Shown here: positions 1-9,400 of the stretch, in pieces
How the letters are laid out: each line of letters begins with the position of its first letter
How positions within the stretch are numbered: position 1 is the first letter of the stretch
NCBI RefSeq assembly: GCF_000328665.1
Contig: NC_019977.1
Span: forward strand, 1,510,011 to 1,542,010
Source: Methanomethylovorans hollandica DSM 15978
GTDB lineage: Archaea > Halobacteriota > Methanosarcinia > Methanosarcinales > Methanosarcinaceae
DNA length: 32,000 nt
Direction: 5' to 3'
Program-made: the position numbers and the translations under genes
The notes under the pieces: generated by a model
Database searches by the model: none
What the model saw: the letters and a program-made list of their open reading frames with translations, nothing else
Told to the model about the DNA's origin: nothing

Positions 1-57
1 CAATCTATATCATATTAAGCGAATTACAAGAGTTCAAAAATATATGGAGGAATAAAG

Positions 58-450
58 TTGGCAGATTTTAAAGTAGTTGTTTCAGATCCAAAGACAAAGA
101 GTTACCAATTCGATGTGAAGGGACCTGAGGCAAACAAGTTCATAGGAAAGGCAATAGGCCAGGATATTGACGGGTCCATAGTGGGTCTCTCCGGGTATAA
201 ATTGGTGATCACCGGAGGTAGTGATAAGAGTGGAATGGTCATGCGGCCAGACCTACCGGGTCCAAAGAGAAAAAGGATCCTTGTCTCCACAGGCGTGGGT
301 TATTCACCCAAAGCCGATGGAATGCGCCGCAGAAAAACCATGCACGGCAAAGAAATCTCACCTAATATCGTCCAGATCAACACCAAGGTTATCGAGTACG
401 GGGAAAAATCCATCGAAGAGATAATTGGTGGCGATAAGACCGAAGAGTGA
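58..450 (+). CDS. rps6e: 30S ribosomal protein S6e (eS6)
   Basis: 130-aa ORF with a TTG start 7 nt after GGAGG (46-50). The blocks [17 protein letters not shown] and [23 protein letters not shown] match the archaeal eS6 pattern. A hairpin plus T-tract follows the stop. Confidence 0.93.
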   Translation: MADFKVVVSDPKTKSYQFDVKGPEANKFIGKAIGQDIDGSIVGLSGYKLVITGGSDKSGMVMRPDLPGPKRKRILVSTGVGYSPKADGMRRRKTMHGKEISPNIVQINTKVIEYGEKSIEEIIGGDKTEE

Positions 451-484
451 TCCTGGTAATGGATCATTCGTTTTTTTCTTTTTT
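448..484 (+). terminator. Hairpin plus oligo-T terminator after rps6e
   Basis: TGATCC (448-453) pairs with GGATCA (461-466) around a 7-nt loop. It is followed by a T-rich run, tttttttctttttt, at 471-484. Confidence 0.55.
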
Positions 485-792
485 ATATTCTCCTCAGCAG
501 TGTTATTTATCTTCATACTTTGATTCTTAAATCGTTAATTTAACTCGTCAGTATCAGGAACCTTTCCATTCTTCCTATCCACAGGCCGGCCTTCTCAAGC
601 CCCTCATAATTTGAGGGCTCTATCTCTTTTTTCCACCTCTCTGTTGCTTTCCCTATGAAAAATCCCGCAGGAAACAGTATCATGAAATATGCTGTAACAA
701 GGATCCATATTTGTGGATCTTCAAGCCTGTGTCCATATACCCTTTTTCACTGGCAGCTTTGCTTTGAGCCGGTTCCTGTAATATTCCAGGAA

Positions 793-984
793 TTATTCCA
801 TAGCAATACTCCCGGCCAGTCTCAGGCGCTGATTGACAGCTGACTGAGATATGGAAAGACTGGATGCTATCGCTTCCTGGGTCCATCCCCGCATCCTGCC
901 GGTTGCCAGAACATTCTTCTGAAAGAAGGCAGCAACGCAGGGAAATAGCAGCCATGAGCGCATCTTCAGGAGAAGCCAGTACAC
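793..984 (-). pseudogene. Short helix-turn-helix ORF (sigma-70 region-4 / Tfx-like pattern), probably a gene remnant
   Basis: The 63-aa ORF contains GWTQEAIASSLSISQSAVNQRL, a typical HTH pattern. Its N-terminus looks non-native, other-frame fragments lie downstream, and there is no clear start context. Confidence 0.25.
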
Positions 985-1138
985 ACATTATATTTTCGGT
1001 TTAATCTTCTTTTGATAATTGTCTCTTCTTTACCAGCACCTCACAACTGTCCATACTGTGATGTTCTGCATTCAGTACAGTACCGAGTGCATGTATTGAA
1101 ATCTAAATAGTTACAAATAGAAAGATATAGCTATATGG

Positions 1139-2125
1139 ATGTATAACTTCTTTACAATTATCGAAGTGGTGATCATTGTTTTGAACCATCATGTAAGTAC
1201 GTTAGGCCCGGGTGACGTTTTCAGGGATTGGCTGGTATACATACTTGGGGACAGAATAAAGAATAAAAACTGTGAAGTGGAAGTTTTTAAATATAGTCCC
1301 TCTTCACACACCGTATGCAGATATAAGTTCAAAGGAGAAGGGTGCAGTGTTATAGTAAAGTTCTTTGCCGAGCCTACTGGTAAACTGAAAAAATATAATG
1401 CTTATGAGGCAATGGTAAATGAATATAATACTCTCATAGCAGTTAGGTCCTTTACAAATGTTCCTGCACCAATAGCAATGCATCAGGATTTTAACTGTGC
1501 CCTTGTGACCAGTTATATATCGGGCAAGTCTTTGTCATGGTATCTGTCACATGACAGAGAACTTTACGACAGGCTGACATCTGTTGCACACATGCAGCGC
1601 AGGCTCCATGAATATACACGACATAATTATTATGACAAGGAGAGGGACTTTGCTAATTTTCATAGTGTGCTGGACCATCTTAAGCTTGATCGCTCCACAA
1701 GGAGCCATTTCGATCAGCTGCTTGGAAAATGGTGGTACAGTCCCCTGCTTGACCAGAAGCAGGGCTGTATGATACACCGGGATGCAACGCCCTCCAATTA
1801 TGTGTTCCATAGAGATGTTCCATATATTCTCGATCTTGAAAGTGCCTGGTATAATGCACACTATGCAAGGGATCTGGGGATAATGTGTTCCGAGATTAAG
1901 AACCATTTCCAATTGCAGAAAGGTTCAGGAAGGCTTGCAGAACCATATATAGGTCATTTTTTATGGCATTACAGTAAAAACGAAAGTGACTTTTTAAGAA
2001 CCACCAAAGTAATTCCCTTCTTTATGAGCCTGGGCTTTTTGAGGTCTGCCAGACTGCACAGGCACTATCCACATCATGAATATCTGATCAGGGAGGCATT
2101 TGCATGTTTGAAAGGTCTGAGATAA
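1139..2125 (+). CDS. Protein-kinase-like fold phosphotransferase (APH / choline-kinase-like family), substrate unknown
   Basis: 328-aa ORF. IHRDATPSNYVF is an HRD..N catalytic loop, and ILDLESAW is the downstream metal-binding Asp, as in aminoglycoside/small-molecule kinases. The 3' end overlaps the next gene by 22 nt. Confidence 0.7.
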   Translation: MYNFFTIIEVVIIVLNHHVSTLGPGDVFRDWLVYILGDRIKNKNCEVEVFKYSPSSHTVCRYKFKGEGCSVIVKFFAEPTGKLKKYNAYEAMVNEYNTLIAVRSFTNVPAPIAMHQDFNCALVTSYISGKSLSWYLSHDRELYDRLTSVAHMQRRLHEYTRHNYYDKERDFANFHSVLDHLKLDRSTRSHFDQLLGKWWYSPLLDQKQGCMIHRDATPSNYVFHRDVPYILDLESAWYNAHYARDLGIMCSEIKNHFQLQKGSGRLAEPYIGHFLWHYSKNESDFLRTTKVIPFFMSLGFLRSARLHRHYPHHEYLIREAFACLKGLR

Positions 2126-2763
2126 AAGGTTTGATCTTTGATTGCTACGGTACGTTAATAGATATAGATACAGATGAAGATGACTATTATACATACGATG
2201 CTGTAAGCAAATGGCTCAAGTACAAAGGAGTGCAGATAGATCCTGACCTTCTTATATCTGAGTATCATTCAAAGATAAGAGATAAAATGGAAGGTTCCGG
2301 CGAACAATATCCGGATGTAAGGGTTGAAGAGATATTTGCCGAGATCTGCAATGAGAACGCCATATGGAAGAGTGACACAATATCTTTAGGTATTGAAACT
2401 TCAATGGTGTTCCGTTCAGCGTCCCTGCGCAGGCTGCGTCCCTTCCGGGAAAGTATGGAGATACTCAACAGATACCAGGACATTCCCATTTGTTTAGTTT
2501 CCAATGGGCAACGGGTGTTCTCAGAAAAGGAGTTACGTTTTCTGGGATTATATGACTTTTTCGATCATGTGATCTTTTCTTCTGACGTAAGATACAAAAA
2601 GCCAGATCAGCGCATATTCAAAATAGCACTGGAGCATATGGGACTTAATCCTGAGGAAGTACTTTCTGTTGGTGATACAGAGGAGAATGATATCATTGCG
2701 CCTCAAGAACTAGGAATTAAAGCCATGCATATCTATGATGCCTGGAAGGACTTGCTCGATTAA
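2104..2763 (+). CDS. HAD-superfamily hydrolase, subfamily IA, with a dehalogenase-type DxYGT motif I
   Basis: Motif I is LIFDCYGTLID, motif II is LVSNG, motif III is YKKPD and motif IV is VGDTEENDI. The second catalytic Asp of phosphatase-type HADs is replaced by Tyr. Confidence 0.8.
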   Translation: MFERSEIKGLIFDCYGTLIDIDTDEDDYYTYDAVSKWLKYKGVQIDPDLLISEYHSKIRDKMEGSGEQYPDVRVEEIFAEICNENAIWKSDTISLGIETSMVFRSASLRRLRPFRESMEILNRYQDIPICLVSNGQRVFSEKELRFLGLYDFFDHVIFSSDVRYKKPDQRIFKIALEHMGLNPEEVLSVGDTEENDIIAPQELGIKAMHIYDAWKDLLD

Positions 2764-2844
2764 GATCAAGTGATATCAGCTTTCTTCGTTTCCAGGCAAA
2801 TATTTATCATATACATCGTCTACTTAATTTGAGGCTCGATCTCC

Positions 2845-3663
2845 ATGAACATGATATTTGATCAAGAAATGTGTACTCAATGCGGTATATGTACAGAGAT
2901 ATGTCCAATAGGGATAATCTTCCAGGACGCACAGAACATGCCCTACGTTCCCGATAACATGGGCTATGCCTGCACAAGATGCGGGAATTGTGAAGCTTTC
3001 TGTCCTGAAGGAGCGATTTCACCCCTGTTTAAGATTGAACATTCTGTTCCTGATGATGCTGTACTGCCTGATATCACACCTGAACAGCTCGGCCTCTACA
3101 TGAGGAAGCGTCGCTCCATACGCAATTACAAGGATACAATTGTGGACAGGGCAACCATTGAAAACATTCTGGATATTGTACGTTTCGCACCATCGGGAGT
3201 TAACAACCAGCCTGTACACTGGCTGATAGTGCATGATCCGGAAAAAGTGAAGGATCTTACTAGGCTTACTATCGACTGGATGCGTGAGATAGTTGCCTCA
3301 GACACCCCAAATCCAATAAAACCTGTAATGCAGGGACTCATTACAGCTTATGAGAATGGAAAGGACCCTATTTGCAGAGGAGCTCCACATATAGCCATAG
3401 CTCATGCCCAGGAAGACAATCCCATGGCCTATACGGACTGTATCATTGCTCTTTCATGGTTAGAGCTGGCTGCTCCGGCCTTTGGACTGGGCGCTTGCTG
3501 GGCAGGTTTCCTCAAAATGGCTGCGACATCATATAAACCTGTCATAGATGAGCTTGGGCTGCCGGAAGGACACGTAGTACAATATGCAATGATGTTCGGT
3601 TATCCGAAATATGATGTATGCAATATACCGGGCAGGCTTCCTTCCAGAACCATATGGAAATGA
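2845..3663 (+). CDS. 2x[4Fe-4S] ferredoxin domain fused to a nitroreductase-family domain
   Basis: Two CxxCxxCxxxCP motifs are present (CTQCGICTEICP, CTRCGNCEAFCP). They are followed by a nitroreductase-like region (RRSIRNYKD, FAPSGVNNQP, GACWAG). Confidence 0.85.
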   Translation: MNMIFDQEMCTQCGICTEICPIGIIFQDAQNMPYVPDNMGYACTRCGNCEAFCPEGAISPLFKIEHSVPDDAVLPDITPEQLGLYMRKRRSIRNYKDTIVDRATIENILDIVRFAPSGVNNQPVHWLIVHDPEKVKDLTRLTIDWMREIVASDTPNPIKPVMQGLITAYENGKDPICRGAPHIAIAHAQEDNPMAYTDCIIALSWLELAAPAFGLGACWAGFLKMAATSYKPVIDELGLPEGHVVQYAMMFGYPKYDVCNIPGRLPSRTIWK

Positions 3664-3739
3664 TCTGGCACAAAACTTGAAGAAACAACAAAACTTAAAG
3701 AAAAACTTAATTTATAGTGAATGGGTTTGAGCGAGATCA

Positions 3740-3994
3740 TCACCCAGAAAATGATGACCTTCCCTCTGCACCAGACAGTTCAAAAGTAAAGTTACTCCCT
3801 GTGCCGACCTCGCTCACAGATATGTGCACCATCTTGCCTTCCAAACTTGCATGAATGTTGATCTCTCCTTCGTTAGGTGTGAACTTAATGGCATTACCCA
3901 GCAAGTTGTACAAGATCTGCTTTATCAATGGAAACATAATGTTCTTTGCAAATTCTATGTTCTCCATATAGCAAGGTCTGAAGTTCCACTCCAC
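3740..3994 (-). pseudogene. C-terminal remnant of a sensor histidine kinase (HATPase_c N-box retained, G-boxes deleted)
   Basis: LIKQILYNLLGNAIKFTPNEG is the N-box. HISVSEVGTGSNFTFEL joins the end of the region before G1 directly to the terminal SEVG.GS.FTF motif, so about 50 aa, including the DxGxG and GxGLGL boxes, are missing. There is no H-box or sensor part. The frame stays open only up to 4078. Confidence 0.7.
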
Positions 3995-4070
3995 TGGAAA
4001 TGGCCCTTTTTTATAGTAGCCATATCTGAAAACGATTATTCTGTGTTTTACCGCATGAATCGGGTATAGT

Positions 4071-4250
4071 TTATGCGGTTATGGTAATGATCTTATCAAT
4101 AGCTATTGATGTGTATCGGCCTTGAATTATCTCAAGCTGGACAAAACCATTCTCGCACTCTTTAACTTTACCTTTGAACGTGGCAATCCCACCACAGTAA
4201 ATAGTAGCGACTTTTCCAAGGAAATCCTGTACGATAAATTCCTCCATCAT
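4071..4250 (-). CDS. Small (59 aa) hypothetical protein with a small beta-barrel (Sm/Hfq- or PRC-like) residue pattern
   Basis: ATG at 4250 lies 6 nt after GGGAGA on the minus strand. FLGKVATIYCGGIATFKGKVKECENGFVQLEI...IAIDKIITI shows alternating hydrophobic beta-strand periodicity. The long ORF version starts at 4280. Confidence 0.45.
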   Translation of the reverse strand: MMEEFIVQDFLGKVATIYCGGIATFKGKVKECENGFVQLEIIQGRYTSIAIDKIITITA

Positions 4251-4487
4251 GCTAATTCTCCCGATGTATGATGGTTTCATTATTTTACATATAAATTATA
4301 TTTGATATAAAAGTTTGTATTGATATGAGAATAAGACATGAGTACACATAAAAATTCATTGCAAATACAAATAGAACAATTAAAGAGAGTAATATTATTG
4401 AAACCTATGAAAAGAAGATATACGGCAAAGTTGAACGTTGACCGGGCTTACAAAATAAATAAAAACTCTCAAACCAAAACATATTCT

Positions 4488-6122
4488 ATGCAAATAATCA
4501 AAGGAAAACTGGTAGATATTATCCAACGGGATATTTACAATGCCATTGTCATTCTTGAAAAAGGAAAGATCCAAAATATCCAAAGGACGGATGAGGAGTT
4601 TGATAAGTATTTACTGCCCGGGTTTATAGATGCCCATGTGCACATCGAAAGCTCAATGCTCAAACCTTCTGAATTTGCCAGAATGGCTGTCAAACATGGT
4701 ACTGTTGCTACGGTATCTGATCCACATGAAATAGCTAATGTATGTGGTCTTGAAGGTATTTTTTACATGATAAGAGAATCTGAAAACGTACCTGTAAAAA
4801 TACATTTTACTGCTCCAAGTTGTGTTCCCGCAACTGAATTTGAAAACACTGGCCATAGGTTGTCAGCAAAGGAAATAGGTATACTGATGCAAGAGCCAAA
4901 AATAGTTGCATTGGGAGAAATGATGAATTATCCTGGTGTATTGAATGATGAACCTGAGGTATATGCTAAAATCAAAGCTGCCTTTGATACCAACAAACCT
5001 GTTGATGGTCATGCACCTGAGCTTGGGGGGGAAAACCTTAATAAATACATTCGTGCAGGGATCAGCACGGACCATGAATGTACCCGGCTGGAAGAAGCCA
5101 TGGAAAAAATAGAGGCTGGCATGCATATCCTAATCAGAGAAGGCTCTGCAGCACAAAATTTTGATATTCTCCATCCTCTTATCACAAAGTACCCGGGATC
5201 ATGTATGTTCTGCACAGATGACTGTCATCCGGATTATCTTGAGAAGGGGCATATTAACAGACTTGTGTCCCGAGCTATAGCTGCAGGTCACGATCTGTTT
5301 GATGTATTAAGGGTCTCTTCCTGCAACGCATCAAAACATTATATGATCAATGCCGGAATGTTACAGCCGGGAGATCCGGCAGATTTCATAATTGTCAATT
5401 CTCTGGATAAAATGGATGTAGTTGCAACCTACATAGGTGGAAAACCTGTATTTGAAAATGGCAAAGTGCTGTTTCAAGCATCCGTATCAAAACCGATTAA
5501 TAATTTCAAATTAACCAAAAAAATCAAATCTGAACAACTGGAAGTATACTCGGATGCTGATCTTTTTAAGATCATACAGGCTTTTGATGGCTCCCTTTTT
5601 ACCGATGTTCTGGAATACCGGCTCCCAAAGAAAAATGGGGAGGTATTTGCGGATCCGGCGAACGGGATCAATAAGATAGCAGTAATTAACCGTTATACGG
5701 AAGATCCAGTGCCTTCCATAGGATTCATAAAGGGCTTTGATATTAAAAAAGGAGCAATAGCGTCCACAGTTGCTCATGATTCCCATAACATTATAGCCAT
5801 AGGAACGGATGATGTGGCTCTGGCCAGGGTTATCAACAAACTTATAGAATCAAAAGGCGGGTTGGCTCTTTCAGACGGAGTGAATATGTGTCATCTCCCT
5901 CTGTCGATCGCCGGGCTGATATCTGATGAACAGGCGAGCATCGTTATTGAAACCTATGAGAAGCTGAACGAAAAGATCCACCAAATAGGATGTAATTTAA
6001 ACTCTGCTTTTATGACAATGTCATTTATGGCATTATTGGTAATACCAAGATTAAAAATAAGTGACAAAGGTTTATTTGATGTATCTGCATTCAAATTGAC
6101 TGTTTTGGAAAAAGATACTTAA
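4488..6122 (+). CDS. ade: Adenine deaminase
   Basis: LLPGFIDAHVHIESSML is the metal-binding signature, and the length is ~545 aa with amidohydrolase-fold blocks (DGHAP, STDHE, CTDD.HP). The ORF is open from ATG 4338. The first 50 codons are K/N-rich with no family resemblance, so ATG 4488 (MQIIKGKLVD...) is preferred. Confidence 0.88.
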   Translation: MQIIKGKLVDIIQRDIYNAIVILEKGKIQNIQRTDEEFDKYLLPGFIDAHVHIESSMLKPSEFARMAVKHGTVATVSDPHEIANVCGLEGIFYMIRESENVPVKIHFTAPSCVPATEFENTGHRLSAKEIGILMQEPKIVALGEMMNYPGVLNDEPEVYAKIKAAFDTNKPVDGHAPELGGENLNKYIRAGISTDHECTRLEEAMEKIEAGMHILIREGSAAQNFDILHPLITKYPGSCMFCTDDCHPDYLEKGHINRLVSRAIAAGHDLFDVLRVSSCNASKHYMINAGMLQPGDPADFIIVNSLDKMDVVATYIGGKPVFENGKVLFQASVSKPINNFKLTKKIKSEQLEVYSDADLFKIIQAFDGSLFTDVLEYRLPKKNGEVFADPANGINKIAVINRYTEDPVPSIGFIKGFDIKKGAIASTVAHDSHNIIAIGTDDVALARVINKLIESKGGLALSDGVNMCHLPLSIAGLISDEQASIVIETYEKLNEKIHQIGCNLNSAFMTMSFMALLVIPRLKISDKGLFDVSAFKLTVLEKDT

Positions 6123-6332
6123 ACACAACAGATCCTTGACCATTTACCGGGTTGAAGTAATGAACATCTAAGTAATCATATCCAGCAAAAGATTGTGGAA
6201 AGACAACAGTAGGTTTTTTCAGATAGGTATGTTTGATACAGGCTTGTAGTAGGCATACGTTGTTGATCCACAAAGAAATAATAGTGAAACACTCCTGGTT
6301 TGTAACTTATGAATGGTAAAATCGAATTCAAT

Positions 6333-6366
6333 AGGTAGTTACATCAATAATATAAGGTAGTTACAT
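6333..6366. promoter_or_regulatory. Two perfect 12-bp direct repeats AGGTAGTTACAT spaced 22 bp (candidate transcription-factor site)
   Basis: AGGTAGTTACAT occurs at 6333-6344 and at 6355-6366, about 100-135 nt upstream of the surface-protein start codon. An inverted GTAAC core is at 6302-6306. Confidence 0.35.
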
Positions 6367-6468
6367 AAGTTTCAAGCAAAAGGTTAACAACCATAATTAT
6401 TGAATGGATACTTTAAAGGAGCCGTCTAATTAAAACTGAAGTGCTGCTGAAAATAATGTGGGGTGGGT

Positions 6469-9400
6469 ATGTTAATTAAATATAATGAAAAACGTAATAC
6501 AGGATTTCGTTTCCATAGATGGATAAATTCCAGGACTCTATTGATCAGGTTATTTGTACGTGCTCATTTTTTCCTTGCGCTAGGAACAGCATGTGTACAA
6601 AGCTATGATAAGATAATTTCGAATAATAAAAAAAGATCCCTGGCAATAAGAATATGGACTTTATTCATTTTTTTTTCAATTTGTATCATATGCTTTTTGG
6701 CTGCTGGAAGTAGTTCAGCAGCAGCAGCCATCGTATATGTTGATACAGATGGAACAGGGAGCTACAATTGTGATGGGATTAATGACCACATTGAACTAAA
6801 TAAAGCACTTGCATACGTCGACAGTACTGGTGGTGGTACTGTATACCTGAGGGGGGCAAACACATACTGGATAGACGCAACGCTTGAGATGGGATCAAAT
6901 ACTATCCTCACCGGAGATCCAAGTGCCTGCATTAAGCTGGTACCAAATGCAGGATGGGATGTTCAGGTGCCAATGATCAAGAATAAAAATGATGTAAACA
7001 AAAATATCACGATTAGGGGATTTAAAATTAATGGAAACAGCGAAAGCCAGTCAGTTTCCTACGGTAAAGGATACTATAATATGATGTATTTCGTGAACTG
7101 CACGGATGTCACTGTGACAGGTATGCGTCTGGAGTGGGGAACCGGTGATGGACTGAAGATAAGGAACAGTCCTTATAATTATACTTTTTTAGCAGATGTT
7201 AAGTTCACAGATAATTCAGTGTACAAACTAGGACATGATGCCCTATACGTTCTGGGAATGAACGGCATTACAGTAGCCAACAATGATGTCTATACAAGGA
7301 CGAATAGTGCTTTCAGATTATCAAGTTCTGGCCATGCAAAGATCTATAACAACGTTATCCATTCAGAGTTCTCTAGCAGTTCCAATGGTCCGGGTATAGA
7401 AATAGATAAGACCAGCGGAATTATCAGTGCACATATATCAGAAAACATTGAGATCTATAACAACCTATTCCATACACTCTACGGTTCAGCTATCTGGATA
7501 GCCGGGGAAGATGCTGATAATGTTGTACGTGGCAAGGATGTGTATATACATCACAATATAATATATAATGTTGGGCAGTATCCCATAGATACCGGATACA
7601 GCAATGCAGCAATCACTATTGGTCAGTTCAATAATACTAGGATAGAAAATAATGTTATAGACAATGGTGGGCATGCCGGAATAAAATACTATCAATATGT
7701 AAACTCCTATAGAATGGCTTCAAAGTTCACCACCACCGTAAAAAACAATATAATCATCAACTGTGCTAAAAATGTAGCAACTGGTGTGTGGAACTATAAT
7801 TCAGAGAATCACAAATTTATACTGAATAATAATTGCATATATTGGAATACAAAAGGTGCATATGTTGGTGCAAATATCATACGTAGCGGTGATATCTATG
7901 TCGATCCTTTATTCGTATCTTCTGCTACCCGGGATTACCATCTCAAAAGTACTGCAGGCCACTATTCGAGCGGTAAATGGATAGCTGACACAGTCAGCAG
8001 TCTCCTTATAGATGCAGGATATCCTACCTCTGCATATAATAATGAACCATCTCCAAATGGTGGCAGGATCAACATTGGCCGATATGGTAACACTGCACAG
8101 GCATCCAAAAGTGCTTATTCATCAGAGGTCCCAAATGCAGGAGATACTTCTCCAGTTGCCAATGCTGGCGCTGATAAGACTGCAATCGCAGGTTCAGCAG
8201 TAATGTTTGATGGCAGTGTTTCCACTGACGATCAAGGCATCGTTTTGTATTCATGGGACTTTAATTATGCAGATGGTATTACATCTGATGCTACGGGAGT
8301 CACAGCTACCAAAATATACACTACAGCAGGGACTTATACTGTGACACTCACTGTAACCGATACTATTGGACAGAAATCCACCGATACGTTACAGGTGGTT
8401 GTCAGTACTCCAACAAGTATTCCAGCTGGTACGGTATCATATGTTCCTGTTTATGACAATAGGTTGCGTGAGGCATCTCCGACGACTGCTCTTCTCACTA
8501 ACAGTTATATAGATGTTGGAAGGACAACAGCCAATTTCAGGGATGTAATGATGTTCGATCTAAGCAGCTACAAGACCACGGATACAATATCCAAGGCAAC
8601 ACTTTTGCTCTACTGGTACTATCCGGCAGGGGCTATACGGAATTCTGATACAGTAGTAGAGATCTACAGACCAATCCAGTGGGACCCGCAGTATGTAACC
8701 TGGAACACCCGGATGTCTGGAATACCCTGGACCACACCAGGAGGCAGTTGGTTCGATAAGAATGAGGTCTCTCAGGGTGCTACGCCTTATGCTTCACTAA
8801 CATTCGCTGGTAGCAAAGTACCTGACAATAAATACTACGAGTTCGATGTCACACAGCTTGTACAGGAATATGTAAGTGGAAAACACAAGAATACAGGATT
8901 CTTCCTGAAAGCAAAGACTGAGGGCAATAATTACATTGCCTTCTACAGTTCTGATTGGTCAAATTCAGCTCAAAGACCGAAACTGACTGTGACTACGGGA
9001 GCAAGTGCTGTGGATAAACCACCAGTTGCAAATGCAGGAGCTGATAAAAATACTACAGCAAACTCTGTAGTTATTTTTGATGCAAGCTTGTCTACTGATG
9101 ACAAGGGCATAGCATCTTATTCATGGGACTTTGATGCATCTAACGGAATAACTTCACAAGCTAGTGGCGTCTCAGTTACTCACACATACACTTCTCCAGG
9201 AACATATACTGTCACGCTTACAGTTACAGATACTGCTGGACAAAAATCTGCAGACACACTGCAGGTGGTTGTTAGTAGTCCAATCATTATTCCAGCTGGT
9301 ACGGTATCATATGTTCCTGATTATGACAATAGGTTGCGTGAGTCATCTGCAACCAGTGTCTTTTCTACTATTACTTATCTTGATATTGGGAAGCTTGGCA

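Noticed and set aside
4338-4487. 50-codon N-terminal extension of adenine deaminase.
   Set aside because: It is K/N/Q-rich with no resemblance to Ade N-termini. The conserved beta-strand start (IIKGKLVDI) follows ATG 4488. This was kept only as an alternative start.
6091-6273. 60-aa minus-strand ORF in the ade / surface-protein intergenic region.
   Set aside because: It overlaps the ade 3' end and has no SD, no promoter geometry and an implausible sequence.
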